This document shows positions 61,501 to 64,000 of a stretch of DNA of 64,000 bases, piece after piece. Source of the DNA: Eledone cirrhosa (Eukaryota). Made by a program: the position numbers and the translations under genes. How positions within the stretch are numbered: the stretch's first letter is position 1; every line of letters starts with the position of its first letter. The notes beneath the pieces were generated by a model. The model ran no database searches and was not told where the DNA came from. It saw only the letters and a program-made list of their open reading frames with translations. The DNA lies in contig OZ024743.1 in the NCBI GenBank assembly GCA_964016885.1, positions 140,492,001 through 140,556,000 of the forward strand, in the 5' to 3' direction.

Positions 61501-64000
61501 GGTGCTTGGTGCTTGGTGCTTGGTGTTTGTACTTGGTGCTTGGTGCTTGGTGTTTGGTTCTTGGTTCTTGGTGTTTGGTACTTGGTGCTTGGTGCTTGAT
61601 GTTTGGTGTTTGGTGCTTGGTGTTTGGTGCTTGGTGCTTGGTGCTTGGTGTTGGTGTTTGATGCTTGGTCCTTGGTGTTTGGTGCTTGGTGTTTGGTGTT
61701 TGCTGTTTGGTGTTTGGTGTTTGGTGTTTGGTGTTTGGTGTTTGCTGTTTGGTGTCTGCTTTTCGGTGTTTAGTGTTTGCTGTATGGTGTTTGGTGTTTG
61801 CTGTTTGGTGTTTGGTGTTTGGTGCTTGGTGTTTGGTGCTTGGTGCTTGGTGTTTGGTGTTTGGTGCTTTGTGCTTGGTGTTTGGTGTTTGGTGCTTGGT
61901 GTTTGGTGTTTGGTGCTTGGTGTCTGGTGCTTGGTGTTTGGTGTTTGGTGCTTGCTGCTGGCTGCTTCGTGTTTGATGCATGGTGATTGGTGCTTGGTGT
62001 TTGGTGCTTGGTGTTTGGTGTTTGATGCTTGGTGCTTGGTGCTTGGTGTTTGGTGCTTGGTGCTTGGTGTTTGGTGCTTGGTGCTTGGTGTTTGGTGCTT
62101 GGTGTTTGGTGCTTGGTGCTTGGTGTTTGGTGTTTGGTGCTTGGTGTTGGGTGCTTGGTACTTGGTGCTTGGTGCTTGGTGTTAGGTGTTTGGTGCTTGG
62201 TGCTTGGTATCTGGTGTCTGGTTTTTGGTGCTTGGTGCTTGGTGTTTGGTGTTTGGTGCTTGCTGCTGGCTGCTTGGTGTTTGGTGCTTGGTGAATGCTG
62301 CTTGGTGTTTGGTGCTTGGTGTTTGTACTTGGTGCTTGGTGCTTGGTTCTTGGTGTTTGCTGCTTGGTGCTTGGTGTTTGGTGCTTGGTGTTTGGTGTTT
62401 GGTGCTTGGTGTTTGGTGCTTGGTGTTTGGTGCTTGGTGCTTGGTGCTTGGTGCTTGGTGTTTGGTGCTTGGTGTTTGGTGCTTGGTGTTAGGTGTTTGG
62501 TGCTTGGTGCTTGGTGTTTGCTGTTTGCTGTTTGGTGTTTGGTGTTTGGTGTTTGCTGTTTCGTGTCTACTTTTTGGTGTTTGGTTTTTTGCTGTATGTT
62601 GTTTGGTGTTTGGTGTTTGGTGCTTGGTGCTTGGTGTTTGTACTTGATGCTTGGTGCTTGGTTCTTGGTGTTTGGTGCTTGGTGCTTGGTGTTTGGTGCT
62701 TGGTGTTTGGTGTTTGGTGCTTGGTGTTTAGTGCTTGGTGTTTGGTGCTTGGTGCTTGGTGCTTGGTGCTTGGTGTTTGGTGCTTGGTGTTTGATGCTTG
62801 GTGTTCGATGCTTGGTGCTTGGTGCTTGGTGTTTGGTGCTTGGTGCTTGGTGTTTGTACTTGGTGCTTGGTGCTCGGTTCTTGGTGTTTGGTGCTTGGTG
62901 CTTGGTGTTTGGTGCTTGGTGCTTGGTGTTTGGTGCTTGGTGTTTGGTGCTTGGTGTTTGGTGCTTGGTGCTTGGTGCTTGGTGCTTGGTGTTTGGTGCT
63001 TGGTGTTTGGTGCTTGGTGTTAGGTGTTTGGTGCTTGGTGCTTGGTGTTTGGTGCTTGGTGTTTGGTGCTTGGTGTTTGGTGTTAGGTGTTTGATGCTTG
63101 GTGTTTGGTGTTTGGTGCTTGGTGTTTGGTGCTTGGTGCTTGGTGTTTGGTGTTTGGTGCTTGGTGTTTGGTGCTTGGTACTTGGTGCTTGGTGCTTGGT
63201 GTTAGGTGTTTGGTGCTTGGTGATTGGTTTTTGGTGCTTGGTGCTTGGTGTTTGGTGTTTGGTGCTTGCTGCTGGTTGCTTGGTGTTTGATGCTTGGTGC
63301 TTGGTGCTTGGTGCTTGGTGTTTGGTGCTTGGTGTTTGGTGCTTGGTGCTTGGTGCTTGGTGTTTGGTGTTTGGTGCTTGGTGCTTGGTGTTTGGTGTTT
63401 GTTGTTTGGTGCTTGGTGTCTGGTGCTTGGTGTTTGGTGTTTGGTGCTTGGTGTTTGGTGTTCGGTGTTTGGTGCTTTGTGCTTGGTGTTTGGTGTTCGG
63501 TGTTCGGTGCTTGGTGTTTGGTGTTTGGTGCTTTTTGCTTGGTGCTTGGTGCTTGGTGTTTGGTGCTTGGTGTTTGCTGCTGGGTGCTTGGTGCTTGGTG
63601 TTTGGTGTTTGGTGCTTGGTGCTTGGTGTTTGGTGTTTGGTGTTATATGCTTGGTGTTTGATGCTTGGTGCTTGTTGCTTGGTGTTTGGTGTTTGGCGTT
63701 TGATGATTGGTGCTTGGTGCTTGGTGCTTGGTGCTTGGTGTTTGGTGCTTGGTGTTTGGTGCTTGGTGCTTGGTGCTTGGTGCTTGGTGTTTGGTGGTTG
63801 GTGTTTGGTGCTTGGTGTTAGGTGTTTGGTGCTTGGTGCTTGGTGTTTGGTGTTTGGTGCTTGGTGTTTGGTGTTTGGTGCTTGGTGTTTGGTGCTTGGT
63901 GCTAGGTGTTTGGTGCTTGGAGCATGGTGCTTGGTGTTTGGTGCTTGGTGTTTGGTGCTTGGTGCTTGGTGCTTGGTGCTTGGTGTTTGGTGGTTGGTGT

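Larger units (their letters stand above)
1..64000. repeat. Heptamer satellite array (TTGGTGY)n / (RCACCAA)n, about 9,150 monomers, one orientation, open at both window ends
   Basis: Direct reading: every line parses into TTGGTGC/TTGGTGT monomers plus point variants. The + strand is T/G-rich and almost A-free. I saw no non-repeat insertion or inversion. Monomer count is 64000/7. Confidence 0.99.

Noticed and set aside
1-64000. CRISPR-like or cassette-type repeat-spacer array
   Set aside because: There are no unique spacers. The intervals between landmarks are the same heptamer, and no cas, recombinase or reverse transcriptase gene is present.
1-64000. Whole window as a sequencing or basecalling artefact, or synthetic data-storage DNA
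   Set aside because: Private variants are shared hierarchically between copies of different divergence, as expected from evolutionary duplication rather than random error or design. Copy number of the near-identical blocks could still be misassembled.

Overview
All 64 kb are one uninterrupted, single-orientation heptamer satellite with consensus TTGGTGY (TTGGTGC and TTGGTGT in roughly similar amounts; reverse complement RCACCAA). That is about 9,150 monomers, and the array runs off both ends of the window. I see no unique sequence, credible gene, RNA gene, transposon or CRISPR array. Every ORF in the supplied track is a translation of the 7-mer (WCLV[L/F]G[A/V] on +, TKHQ[A/T]P[S/N] on -). 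The array does have hidden structure. Rare variant monomers (TATATGC, the 6-bp TTGTAC/TTCTAC, TTGCTGC-TGGCTGC, TTGATGC-ATGGTGA, TAGGTGY, TTGGAGT, paired TTCGTGT) recur in a conserved order and define an old, variable-length higher-order unit of about 3-6 kb. Nested duplications lie on top of it, with offsets of 28, 105, 182, 195, ~419, ~790, 1469, 1490, 1650, 3116, 4006, ~4100, 5451 and 7577 bp. This most resembles eukaryotic heterochromatic, (peri)centromeric or subtelomeric satellite DNA, but organism and function cannot be determined from the sequence. I found no protein-coding biological system here.
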